Shown piece by piece: positions 9,802-20,285 of a stretch of DNA of 64,000 nt. The notes beneath the pieces were generated by a model. The model was given only the letters and a program-made list of their open reading frames with translations. It was not told where the DNA came from and did not search any database. How positions within the stretch are numbered: position 1 is the stretch's first letter; every line of letters begins with the position of its first letter. This stretch comes from Bryobacterales bacterium (lineage in GTDB: Bacteria; Acidobacteriota; Terriglobia; Bryobacterales; UBA6623): positions 1,440,001 through 1,504,000 of the forward strand of contig OY729428.2 in assembly GCA_963422375.2 (NCBI GenBank), written 5' to 3'. Position numbers and translations under genes: made by a program.

Positions 9802-10569
9802 TTAGCCGCTCGCGGCCCGCGTCGGGACGGACCTTGCGGACCGGTGCTCGGGCCCGCCGGTTCGGCCGCCCGACGCTGCCTCCCGCGCTAGCTGCAGCGC
9901 GCCAACCAGCATAGGCATGGTCAGCCGCCCGGTCTGGGTGTTCTGCAGGCTGGGGTGGTAGCTGCAGAGCAGTTCCGGGCCGTCGCCGGGCAGCTGGTAG
10001 CGCGCGCCGTGCTTGAATCGCACGGTGCTCTTCCGCACCCGGACGCCCCGGTCTCGGACCACGGCTAGGTACGCGTCGAACGCGAGCTTGCCGAGCGCGA
10101 GTACCGCACGGATGCGCGGGAGGAGCGCGACTTCGCGGGCCAGGAACCCCCGGCAGTTCGCGAACTCCTCGGAGGTCGGGCGGTTTTGCGGCGGGGCGCA
10201 GCGGACTGCCGACGAGATGTAGCAGTCCTTCAGCCGAAGCCCGTCGCTGCGCGCAATGGCGGTCGCCTGCGAGGCGTAGCCGGTCTCGTGCAGCGCCGCG
10301 TAGAGGAAGTCGCCCGAACCGTCCCCGGTGAACACGCGGCCCGTCCGGTTCGCACCGTGGGCCCCGGGAGCCAGTCCGACTAGAAGCAGGCGCGCTTCGG
10401 CGTCTCCGAACGATGGCACGGGCCTGCCCCAGTAGTCCCACTCTCGGTACGCCCTGCGCTTCGCGGCGGCCACCCGGCGGCAGTGCTCGACCAGTCGGGG
10501 GCAGCGCTCGCAGGCGACGATCTCGCCCTGCAGGGCGGCCAGCTCCGTCCCGCGGTTGTCCGATGCCAT
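9802..10569 (-). CDS. udgB: Uracil-DNA glycosylase family 5 (UdgB-like, Fe-S)
   Basis: CERCPRL, GLAPGAHGANRTGRVFTGD, RCAPPQNRP and YHPS motifs. Confidence 0.9.
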   Translation of the reverse strand: MASDNRGTELAALQGEIVACERCPRLVEHCRRVAAAKRRAYREWDYWGRPVPSFGDAEARLLLVGLAPGAHGANRTGRVFTGDGSGDFLYAALHETGYASQATAIARSDGLRLKDCYISSAVRCAPPQNRPTSEEFANCRGFLAREVALLPRIRAVLALGKLAFDAYLAVVRDRGVRVRKSTVRFKHGARYQLPGDGPELLCSYHPSLQNTQTGRLTMPMLVGALQLAREAASGGRTGGPEHRSARSVPTRAASG

Positions 10570-10779
10570 GCTCGGCAGCAGACTACCAGATAGCGTGGGG
10601 GGCGCGCGGCAACGGTGCCCTCGGGCCTCGGGGACCGCTGCGCAGGCTGGCCGGCAGAGGGGCCGTCTTGCCAGTTTCCGCTTGATCTGCTATAAACGCG
10701 CCAACTCGAGCGCGCCGGATGGCCGACGCTTGTATCCGCCAAGAAAGCGAGAGCCTGGTCTTCGTCGCGGGAGGAGTCA

Positions 10780-11394
10780 ATGCCCGGCGACGTGCCTTCT
10801 CTGAATCGTCCCTCGCCAAAGCGGGGGCGGTCCGCGTCCAGGACGTCGCGGCCTTCGGCGCGAGGTTCGGCGAATGCTCGTCGCGGCGGACCCTCGCGAG
10901 CGGCGATCCGGGAGCGCGCCGCCGAGATTCAGCAGGCCGAACTCTTCGGCCGCGCGGCGGGCCTGTTCCAGGAAGGCAAGTACGGCATGGCGCGTCGTGT
11001 CCTCGACCGGGTGCAGTCGGGCCCGGACACGGCGCTTTGCCACAGGGCGCGCGTGTACATGGAGGTCTGCAAGCGCAGGACCGCGCGGAAGCGCCCCAAG
11101 CTCGAGACGGTGGAGGACTACTACAACCTGGCCGTCCGGTGCGTGAACGACGGCGCATTCGACGAAGCCGTGCGAGTCTGCAACCGGGGAATCGCCAAGG
11201 ACGCCTCCGAATCCCACCTGCACTACATCAAGGCGGTCGCTAAGGTCCTGGCCGGCCAGACCATCGGCGGGGCCGCTTCGCTCCGGAAGGCGATCGCCCT
11301 CGACCCGAGCATCCGGCTGATCGCCAAGGGGGATCCTGACTTGCACGAAGTGATCGGGACCAAGACCTTCGTGCGCATCACCGCCCCGGCATAG
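10780..11394 (+). CDS. TPR-containing hypothetical protein with an Arg-rich N-terminus
   Basis: SD GGAGGAG; TPR-like helices YYNLAV...LRKAIALDP. Confidence 0.7.
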   Translation: MPGDVPSLNRPSPKRGRSASRTSRPSARGSANARRGGPSRAAIRERAAEIQQAELFGRAAGLFQEGKYGMARRVLDRVQSGPDTALCHRARVYMEVCKRRTARKRPKLETVEDYYNLAVRCVNDGAFDEAVRVCNRGIAKDASESHLHYIKAVAKVLAGQTIGGAASLRKAIALDPSIRLIAKGDPDLHEVIGTKTFVRITAPA

Positions 11395-11398
11395 ACCG

Positions 11399-12148
11399 CT
11401 ACCTCGGGCCGACATTCGCCCGGGTCGTCGGGCCCGCGGGCCGTCGGAAGACGATAATGTGCTGGGAGGGCAGGAAGTCCATCACTTCGACGAACTCGAA
11501 GCCGACCGGCTCGATCTCCCGCCGCACCTCGTCCAAGCTCATCTTGTGCAGGGGATGGATCGGGATCCACGGATCCTCCTTGCGGTATTCGACGAGCACC
11601 AGCCGTCCTCCGGGCTCGAGTGACCGCAGCACGTGCTGCATCGTCAGCGCGGGACGGGCCAGCTCGTGGTACACGTCTACCAGCAGGGCGAGGCTGGCCT
11701 CGCTATCGGGAAGGCGTGGATTCTCCTGAGTAGCGAGGACCGTCTCGACGTTCTCGATGCCGCGACGCTCCAGATTGCGGGCGAGCATGGCGAGCATCTG
11801 CGGTTGGACGTCGGTCGCGATGACCTTGCCTAGGTTGCCCACCTGCCTCGCTAGGCGCCAGGTGAAATAGCCCACTCCGGCGCCGAGGTCGATTACGGTG
11901 GATCCCTCGGGGATCCGCAGGGCGGCCACCACGCGGTCGGGCTGCTCCTCGCTCTCCCGCTCCGGGCGCGTCAGCCAGTCCGCTCCGAGGTAGCTCATCA
12001 CCGGCGCGATCTCCCGGCGCGCCAGCGGCACGTCGGACCCTCGCTGGCCGCCGCGTTCCGGACTGCGGGAGGGACGGTGCTCTTGCGATGTTGCGGGCAG
12101 TGCGAGGCAGAGCGCGAATGCCGCCACGGCCCAGCGGGTTGTTGTCAT
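11399..12148 (-). CDS. Class I SAM-dependent methyltransferase with signal peptide
   Basis: VIDLGAGVGYF motif I, VDVYHEL, LEPGGRLVLVEY. Confidence 0.9.
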   Translation of the reverse strand: MTTTRWAVAAFALCLALPATSQEHRPSRSPERGGQRGSDVPLARREIAPVMSYLGADWLTRPERESEEQPDRVVAALRIPEGSTVIDLGAGVGYFTWRLARQVGNLGKVIATDVQPQMLAMLARNLERRGIENVETVLATQENPRLPDSEASLALLVDVYHELARPALTMQHVLRSLEPGGRLVLVEYRKEDPWIPIHPLHKMSLDEVRREIEPVGFEFVEVMDFLPSQHIIVFRRPAGPTTRANVGPR

Positions 12149-12156
12149 GCCGGATT

Positions 12157-13062
12157 TCAGCCGTGCGCTAGCAGGCCGTGCTGGGCCATGAGCGCTCGCA
12201 GGTCATCCCGGTCCGTCGGAACCATCGGGATGAGCGGCGGGCGCACGAACGCGGGGCCCATGCCTGCGAGCGCCATGGCCGTCTTGATCATCGACACCTT
12301 GTATCCGGGCCGCCGGTTCCGTAGTTCGTACATCGGCAGGACCAAGTCGTTCAGGACGCGGTTAACCCCGGCGAAGTCGCCCGCCCGCGCTAGTTCCCGG
12401 ATGCGCAGGGTGACCCGCGGCATGAAGCAGGCCAGGCCGGAGGTAAAGGTTCGGACGCCGAGGCTCCAGAAGCTCGGTACGAAGGGCTCCGCCATCCCGT
12501 TAATCCAGCGAAAGCGGTCTCCGAAATGCCGGCGAACGTTCATGTAGTGGGAGAGATTGCCGTTCTCGTCTTTGACCGTGCAGATGTTCTCGACATCCGC
12601 GAGACGGTCCAGGAGCGTGAGCGGTAATACGCCGCTCCATTTGGTTTGGTAGAGGATGACGCTGATTTCAGCTGCGTCGGCAACGCCTCTGTAGTAGTCG
12701 GCAAGACCCGGCTCGTTGGCGTCCCCCATGTAGGGAGCGATGCAGAGCACGGCCTTGGCGCCCGCGCGACGGGCGATCGCAGCTTGCGCTCTGGCCGCCG
12801 ACCAGCTCTGGCCGACGCCGAAGATCAGGTAGGTCCGACCCGCGGCTGCTCCACCGGCCACCGCGCAGATGCGTTCGTACTCGGACAACGCGAGCGCATG
12901 GATTTCGCCGTTGCTTCCGCAGAAACACAGCGCCTCGAGCCCGCTCGCGAGCATCCGCTCGGCATGCGAGCGCAGGGCCGTTTCGTCAAGGCTCAGATCG
13001 TCGGTCCAAGGTGTGACAGGGAACCCGACGGTTCCTTCCAGCCGGGGTGACTCGATCGGCAT
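12157..13062 (-). CDS. DHDPS family protein, 5-dehydro-4-deoxyglucarate dehydratase-like
   Basis: FPVTP, GSNGE, VILYQ, Schiff-base Lys in VKDE, VRPPL. Confidence 0.85.
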   Translation of the reverse strand: MPIESPRLEGTVGFPVTPWTDDLSLDETALRSHAERMLASGLEALCFCGSNGEIHALALSEYERICAVAGGAAAGRTYLIFGVGQSWSAARAQAAIARRAGAKAVLCIAPYMGDANEPGLADYYRGVADAAEISVILYQTKWSGVLPLTLLDRLADVENICTVKDENGNLSHYMNVRRHFGDRFRWINGMAEPFVPSFWSLGVRTFTSGLACFMPRVTLRIRELARAGDFAGVNRVLNDLVLPMYELRNRRPGYKVSMIKTAMALAGMGPAFVRPPLIPMVPTDRDDLRALMAQHGLLAHG

Positions 13063-13999
13063 ACGGGCGAGGATCTCCAAGAACGACGTTACAAGATACC
13101 AGCACCCGGCTCCGCCGGCGCCTCCGCCTAGCCGGAATGCGGGCCGACTCGGTTCGCGTGCATGGCGCGGTGGGCGGCTAGGCGGGCCGGCCGCTGTCGG
13201 ACCACGAGCCTGGACTGGGGAGGGGGGCTGCAGCCATGGAGTAACCGGCTTGAGTACGGCGCTCGTCGGATGCTGCCGACGTGCCTCCAGCCGACCAGCT
13301 GGGCTTGCTGCCCTTCATGCCGGAAGCTCTGGGCGCTCGACGCCACGCGCTGCTGGGCGGCACGGCCCCCGGTATGCAGATCGGAAGAGCGGACCCTGTT
13401 GGCAAGACCGTCGCGAGTGGTCGTGCGCAGCTGATCGAAGGATCGCCTGTCCCCCGGCCGCGCGTTCCCCAGCGGATCGGGACAGGCGGCCCGCACTTCT
13501 CCAATTGGGCTCAAGAGCGTCAAGTCGCCCGCCCGGGTGCCGCCCGCGGGAGGGTCGGTGACCGGCGTGCCAGATCCGGCCACGGACCCGGCCGCTGCCA
13601 GCGGAGACGTCCGGCGGATTGCGGTCGCCCGCGAGAAATGCTCGCATCTGGGCACTGCATCTCCTCGCTCTGTCGCGAATCCTGTGACAGAAGCTTGGCC
13701 CGGCGTCCCTCATGCCGCGGCCCCAATGCCCGTCGGGCCGCTTCCGGGGGGCCCAAACGCGCTGCGCATCCTGCTCGTCTGCGACCGGTGGTGGGAGGTG
13801 CGCATCTACAACTCCCGCCAGCGCCAAGAAACCTCGCCCCACCCTGAGAAAACCTACCAGAATCGCCAACCGGGGAAGAAATTCCCCTTCCGAGGCCAGT
13901 TGAAGTGATATGTTCGCGCCCGGCGCAGGGATCGCTTGGTTCCCATTAGCGGGGATTCAGCGCAGCCTGCCGACAGTCAACCGGTTCTTGGAGGATAAA

Positions 14000-14326
14000 A
14001 TGGCAACCAGAATCATCATCGGCCTCGCCTTGCTCTTGGCGATCGTGATGGTCGCAGCCCCGGCCGCAGACGCGAGCGGAATGCTTTCGCTCGGACTAGT
14101 CGTACTGGGCCTGGCTTACGCCGCGCTGGCGATCGACCCTGAAGACGCAGTCGCGTACTTGGTCGTCACGCTCGCCGTTGGCGGAGCCGCGAACGCAGAC
14201 GTTCTCAACCACATTCCCGCGATAGGCGGTCACTTGGACGGCATCGTCGGCCACGTCAGCACCGCCCTGTACGCAGGCGTGGTCACCGTGCTCGCGAGAA
14301 GGGTCGTCAACCGCCTTAAGGGTTGA
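14000..14326 (+). CDS. Small membrane protein (hypothetical)
   Basis: SD GGAGG and 3-4 hydrophobic segments. Confidence 0.75.
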   Translation: MATRIIIGLALLLAIVMVAAPAADASGMLSLGLVVLGLAYAALAIDPEDAVAYLVVTLAVGGAANADVLNHIPAIGGHLDGIVGHVSTALYAGVVTVLARRVVNRLKG

Positions 14327-15673
14327 CTGCGGCCGTTGCCGGCCGCTCGTCACGCGACTCCTCTCGCCCCGACTGAATCGTGGATGGCTAATGTGTCCGG
14401 GGATTTCATGCCGCACGTGGCGCGGTGGAGCGGCGTCTGCTGCTGCGTCCATGCATCGCTCGCCCGGTGTGGCGACCGCTACGGATCCCTTGCCAGGGCG
14501 GCGTTGTTCCGATACGACGGCCGACGCGTCAGCGGACGGCCGAGCACGGGGCCCCAGTTTGCGCGAGCCTGCGCTGCTTCAAGAGCGCGGGTTGATCGTT
14601 CGCAACAATTCCAGTCAGGCATGCGTCGCTTGCGGGACCGGATGGCGGTGTCATTGGGGCGCTCTGTTGCCGAGGTCCGTTCGTAGGCGGAGTCAACTCA
14701 ACGAAGGTGCAGCTCGGTCGAAGCCGAATTCCGTCGACCCGCCCGAGGCCCCGGCCGCGACACTCGCTGTGCGTGCGTGGCACGGTAGCATTCTCACCTC
14801 TAGGGTGCCGACTCGACTCTGATTGCGGGCGCTCCCGGACCTCGACCTCAGATGCGAGTCAGCGTTGATTCCACGAGCGCCCGGCCCTCATAGCGAAGAA
14901 ATGGCCTTCAGCGACGTGTCCGCCCAAGCGCTCCCCTGGGCGTCGGAAGGGCGCGCCTCTGACCAACAAGTGGCGCTGCGATCTGCTGGACCCGGAGCGG
15001 GGGAGACCGGCGCACGCCGCGCCCCGGTCCGGCCCGGGGCGCTCCAATGACGCGGTCCGGGGGCGGGAATCCGGCCGCGGGAGTGGCTGGAACAGGAACG
15101 AGGCTCTTGGATCCACTTCGAGGGTAGAGTCGCTTAGCGATCGGAGAGTCCTCAGACATCTTGGCGTTGAAGGGACGGAGCAATTTCACGGACCTGCCGA
15201 AGCTCCATATTTCACAAGGAGTCTCAGCGAGCGGCGGAAATCCGACCGACTGATTGGTCCGGTCGCGGGTTCAAATCGGGTCCCGTCGGATGGAATCCTC
15301 ATCCTAACTGTCGGTTCGGCGCGAGCCATCCGCGAGTTCGCGGCGGGACCGTTGGATGGGGAATCACGCACATCGACGGTGTCGAAGCAGCCCCGTGTCG
15401 ATGCCGACCAGACGCGCTTGCATCCGGCGCGCTTCTCGCAATCCGTCGGAGTGGTCCTACCTGCTAGATCGCAAGCGAGCCGACGACAGGATGATTGAAA
15501 CTTCTCCCATCACCGATGAATCGACCCTTTTTTGAAGCCGTATTCAATAGTGAATCAATGATATATTATCGCCTTCCGAGTCGATTACAACAGAGTTTAT
15601 GGCTCAAGTTGTTCTGAAATCATTGGAATTCAATTCGGACGGACACCATTCTATAGCTCTTCAAATCTAACCA

Positions 15674-17522
15674 GGCTTGTGACAGAACGTCCAAGCCCTT
15701 AGTTTCCAAGAGGTTGCAGCAGATCCGTGGGACGAAGATCGGGTCGATCCGGGCCGGCTTGCGCATTTCCGGGGCGTTGTGCGGCAATTTTCGTTGAGGA
15801 ACTGCCCGTGAGGACCGTTCAGGAGATCCAGTTCACCCTTGGCCAGACCGCAATCGAGGATATTGATCTTGACGTCCTTTCCCGCGAAGATATCCCGGCC
15901 ATCCTGCGATGAATACAGTTTCTCTATCGCACCAAGGAGTTGCGGGACAAGGTTTTCTACCTGCTCGAGAGCCGTATCCTCGGTCTCAGCGAGAGTGGCG
16001 GGGACGGCGAGAACGGAAGCGATTCTTCTGCGGGCGAGTCCGGCAGGATCAATCCTGCCGTCGGTCGTCCCGGCATGCAGCTGTGGAACATTCTCGTCTT
16101 GGGCCTGCTCAAGTAGGGATTGAATTGCGACTACGACCGCGTGACGGAGCTGGCGAACAAGCACGCGGACGTCCGGCGCTTCCTCGGTCTGAACGCGACG
16201 CTCGACGAGCAGGTCTTCAGCTACCGGACAGTCAACCGGAATCTGAAGCTTCTCACACCCGATCTCCTCGCGGAAATCAATCAGCTGGTCGTGCAGGAGG
16301 GGCACGCGCTGGCGGGGTACGAGGAAGGCGAGCCGCTGAAGGCGCGGTGCGACTCGTTCGTGGTGGAAACGAACGTGCATTACCCGGCCGACGTGAGTCT
16401 GCTGTGGGACGCGTTGCGTTGCCTGATTCGCTCTATTGCGCCGCTGTGCAAGGGGCGCGGCATCGCGGGCTGGCGGCAGAGCGCGCAGATGCTGAAGAGG
16501 ATGAAGCAGAAATTCAACCGGGTGCGGCAGGCGAAGAAGAGGAAAAGCAACCCGGAGAGGGTGCAGTCGTACCTGGCGGCAGCCTTGGAGATAGCGCGGC
16601 GGGCGGAGGGTGCGCTGGCGGCCCTGGAGCGGGCCGGGGAAGACGAGGGAACCCTGGGAGAGGCAAGGGGTTACCTCGGGTACGTGCAGCTCCTGGCGGA
16701 CCAAGTGGAGCGGCGCGTGCTGCGGGGGGAGAAGATCCCCCACGAGGAGAAAGTGTTCTCGATCTTCGAGGAACACACCCGCTGGTGCGTGAAAGGAAAA
16801 GCGGGGGTGCCGGTGGAGCTGGGCGTGCCGGTATGCATCGTGGAGAGCGAGCACGGATTCGTGATGAATCACGAAGTGATGTGGAAGGGAAGCGACGTGG
16901 ACGTAGCGGTGGGAATTGTCGAGGGAGCGCAGGGGATGTACGCGGGGTTGTCGAGTTGCAGCTTTGACAAAGGCTTTCACAGCCCGGCGAACCGGACGCG
17001 CTTAGCGAAGCTGCTCTCGTGCAACGCGATGCCGCGAAAGGGGAGGCTATCGAAGGCGGAGAAGGAGGCGGAAAGCGCGCCTGAATTCGTGGCTGTGGGG
17101 CAGGCGCACCCAGCCGTGGAGTCCGCGATCAACAATCTCGAGTGCCGCGGTCCGGACAGGGTGATGGACCGGGGAGCGGAGGGATTCGAGCGGATGATCG
17201 GGCTAGCGGTCCTGGCAGCCAACGTGCATCGAGTGGGCCGGATCCTGCGCGACAGAGAGAGGGATCGTCTCAAGACGGGACCCTTTCCGCTGGCTGCATA
17301 GGCAGTCGGCAGCGATCTAGATTGCTCTGAATAGAAACCTTGAAGAGACAAGGTTCAGGAAAAGTGTACCACTAGAATAGAACTAACTGTTTCCTCACAA
17401 TGAAAATGGAATATGAGGCAATGAGTTCGGGTAATTGGCGCAGTCTGTTCCTTCCATAGCTATCATTTGGTCGGTCTTCATCGGCTAGAATCCCCGAAAT
17501 ATCAGGTTCTTGTCACAAGCAC
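15674..17522 (+). mobile_element. ISNCY-family insertion sequence (inactive)
   Basis: Imperfect TIRs GCTTGTGACAGAAC (left) and GTTCTTGTCACAAGCAC (right) flank the transposase. Confidence 0.75.
15808..17301 (+). pseudogene. ISNCY-family DDE transposase with in-frame stops at 15910 and 16114
   Basis: MRTVQEIQ...SREDIPAILR, GRPGMQLW, RCDSFVVETNVHYP, KVFSIFEEHT, SFDKGF, HPAVESAINNLE. Confidence 0.88.
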
Positions 17523-17874
17523 TAACTAGAGATAGTGCACCTCTTGCAGGTGTCAGTGCTAGAATACCTAGAATTCGAAGTGTACCTTCCGAAACAACAC
17601 TTGCAGGGACTGAGAATTCGGATTCTTGCAGTCAGATTTCCGCTCCTCCGTGGCCATTTACCTAGTGCTTGTGACAAAACCCCGCCCATTCAACTCCGAA
17701 GTGCGACACGCGGGTAAGGGGCGGTGGGCTGAGATACTAGGACCACAGTAGCAGATCCAGCGGCGCCGGACAAGCCGCTGCCGGGCCGAAGCAAGGCCCG
17801 GAGGGTCGAATCCGCGCCTGTCCGGGCGCAGCTCCCCCGCGCCCCTGTCCCCGCGGCGGGCTGCCAGCCCTGCC

Positions 17875-18956
17875 TCAGCTCCGCGGCACCCGCTCCCGCT
17901 CCGCCGGGAAGACTTCCTCCGGCGTGCGCCCGCCCGGCACCTTCCGCGGACGCCGGTTCAGGCGGTCCCGCGCCTCCCGCACCCGGGCCGGGTCCACCCG
18001 CCGCAGGTCCGTCCCCTGCGGGCAGTACTGCCGCGGCAGCCCGTTGGCATGCTCGTTCAGCCCGCGCTCCCAGGAGTGGCAGGGCCGCGCGCAGTAGAAG
18101 CCCGCCCCCAGCCGCTGCGCCACCTCCCGGTGCCTCCCGGTGCCCCGCGAACTCCTTGCCGCGAACTCCTTGCCGCGAACTCCTTGCCGCGAACTCCTTG
18201 CCGTTGTCGGCCGTGATCGTGTGCGTCACGGCCCCGCTCCCTGCGAGCATCCCTGCGAGCATGGCCGTCATCGCCGCCCCGACCAGCTGCGCCGTGCGCC
18301 GGCTAACCGGCTGCACTAGCAGGTACTTGGAGAACCGGTCCACCAGCGTCACCAGCGCCCCGCGGCGCTGCCCGCCGATCACGGTGTCGGCCTCCCGCTC
18401 GCCGACGCGCGCCTTCGCTTGCGCCTCCGCCGGGCGCTCCGCGATGTCCGCGCGCCCCGGGATCAGGCCGCGGCCCGCCGTCCGGCCGACCCGCCGGACG
18501 CGCTTGCGGCCGCCCTGCCTCAGGTGCCGGTACAGCCGGCCCCCCTGCCGCCGCTCCGCGCGCACCAGCTGGTAGATCCGTTCAGGGCTGATCTCCAACG
18601 CCCCTTCCCGCTGCAGCCGCGCCGCGACCTGCTCCGGGCTCCTGCTCCGGGCTCCAGTCCCGCCGCAGGCAGTCCTCGCTCCGCGCCCGCAGCGCCGACG
18701 TCAGCTGGCGCGGCCGGCACGACGCCGCGCGCCGCCGCCGCTCCGCGCGCTCCTGCGCGCTCCCCAAGCTGTAGCTCGCCGCGCGCTCGCCTTCCGCCGG
18801 TCGGCCGTTGCGGCCCACTTCCCGGTAGATCGTGGCCCGCTTGCGGCCCGGCTGCCCGGCGATCCTGTCCGCTCCCCAGCCCGCCCAGCCCGCCGCCCGC
18901 AGCGTCTCGCTCCGGCAGCGCTCCTCCTGCGTCACGTGCGTGTAGCTCTTCCGCAT
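17875..18956 (-). pseudogene. IS30 transposase, frameshifted by tandem duplications
   Basis: YTHVTQEER, ATIYRE, WSPEQ, E-DT, ITADNGKEF, SWERGLNEHANGL and LNRRPRK are spread over three frames. Confidence 0.9.
18145..18200. repeat. 4 x 14-bp tandem array CCGCGAACTCCTTG
   Basis: Four perfect copies read directly from the sequence. Confidence 0.95.
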
Positions 18957-19784
18957 CTGCCTCCCTGCTCCTTCCAGCACCTACCAGCCTACTGCCGCGA
19001 CACCACCGGTCGCTGCCTCCCCTCTCCCCTCCCTGCCATCTTGTGGCTCGGCGCGTGTCGCACTTCGGAGTTGAATGGGCGCCCTGAATTCTGGCCTGAT
19101 CAGTATTTCATACTACATCCTGATGTCGGATGGATCTCCAAATACAACATATGGGGCCCAAGGTCGGAAGTTGCTCAGCCGCCAATCGCGAAGATTTCCG
19201 CGCTCTACCCAGAATTGGCAGGATTTCGGACTAGTCGTAGCATTCCAGTGAAATCTTCGCCTTGAGAGATTGGATATAACGCCTTTGTTGTCAAGGGGAT
19301 ACGAGTTTTGTCACAGGCACTACCTAGAGTTCAATGCCTACATTTCTGGCACAGCCATTCGGAGTGCGCTTTGGCCGGAAATCAAAGTCCCCCGCGCGAC
19401 TGCTTGGAATGGAGCGGAGCCCCGCGACGGTGACGAACGTGTGTCACGGAGAGCTCGAGGTCGCCACAAGTGCAAGCTCAGCGCAACCGTTGCTGCCACC
19501 TTCCATAGCACCGCTGATTCACCTGCTCGGCCGCGCCTGCAAGAGCCGTGGCCGCTGCGGGGCGCCTTCCTCAAGTGCGCAGGTCGGTATCGATACGGAA
19601 CCAAGGGCTCGCCCTGCCAGCAGTAAGTAGTGCCAGCATCTCGTCGCTTGGGAGTCTGCCATCCATCCGCGCTTCCGCCAGATGCCGTGACGGCGGGGTG
19701 CCCGATGCGCCGGTCACGCGTCGCGAGTCTCGGGGGGGCAAACGTCCATTCAATCGTCACGGGCACGCTCACTCCCAAGGCCGC

Positions 19785-20285
19785 TCAATCCTTCGAATCG
19801 TCTCGAGGCACGGCTTGGGCCGCGATCCGTTCCGGACCCGACGGCGCGTCACGACGACCCGTTGCCGAATGGATCGTCGATACAGGGGGTTGTTCGATGG
19901 CGCCTTCAATCCGTCCCAGTCGACGCTCGTTGTCAGCCTGCCTCTTCAGGATGTCTGGGAGCGGCTTGATCTCGCCGCGAAGCTCTCTGATGTCTCCCCT
20001 GAGCGCCGCGATTTGCTCGACCAGCCCCCTAACATCGGTCCGTTGATGCTCGTCGAGACGTTCGATCCGCTGCTCCACACTGTCCAGCCTGCCAGATATC
20101 GCTTGAATGGCCTCGCGGATGGCACGGATCTCCGCGCGGTTCTCGCGCATATCCTCGTGCAGAACTCGGAGTCGCTCGTCGACCTGCTTGAGGTGCAACC
20201 GGAGCATGGCGTAAGCCAAGCCTAGGATCGGAATGGCAACTGAGACTCCTCCGATCGCGGAGGCTAGCAGGGTGCTCCTGTCCAC
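19785..20285 (-). CDS. Membrane-anchored coiled-coil protein (DUF1640/XhlA-like architecture)
   Basis: N-terminal hydrophobic helix, long heptad region, RLGRIEG end motif; TACACT-N6-GTG start. Confidence 0.7.
   Translation of the reverse strand: MDRSTLLASAIGGVSVAIPILGLAYAMLRLHLKQVDERLRVLHEDMRENRAEIRAIREAIQAISGRLDSVEQRIERLDEHQRTDVRGLVEQIAALRGDIRELRGEIKPLPDILKRQADNERRLGRIEGAIEQPPVSTIHSATGRRDAPSGPERIAAQAVPRDDSKD

Larger units (their letters stand above)
17683..19081 (-). mobile_element. IS30-family element
   Basis: Perfect 30-bp TIR CGCCCATTCAACTCCGAAGTGCGACACGCG (17683-17712 / 19052-19081); CC(C) on both flanks. Confidence 0.92.
17665..19320. mobile_element. MITE A (~255 bp net) with ISNCY-type ends, interrupted by IS30
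   Basis: TIRs GTGCTTGTGACAAAAC (17665-17680) and GTTTTGTCACAGGCAC (19305-19320) with TA on both flanks; AT-rich non-coding interior. Confidence 0.75.

Noticed and set aside
15908..16116. Stop-codon recoding (Sec/Pyl) in the ISNCY transposase
   Set aside because: One TGA and one TAG at ordinary positions in a decayed IS region; nonsense mutations are simpler.
18145..18200. Possible CRISPR array
   Set aside because: Head-to-tail 14-bp repeats with no spacers, inside a transposase, and no cas genes.
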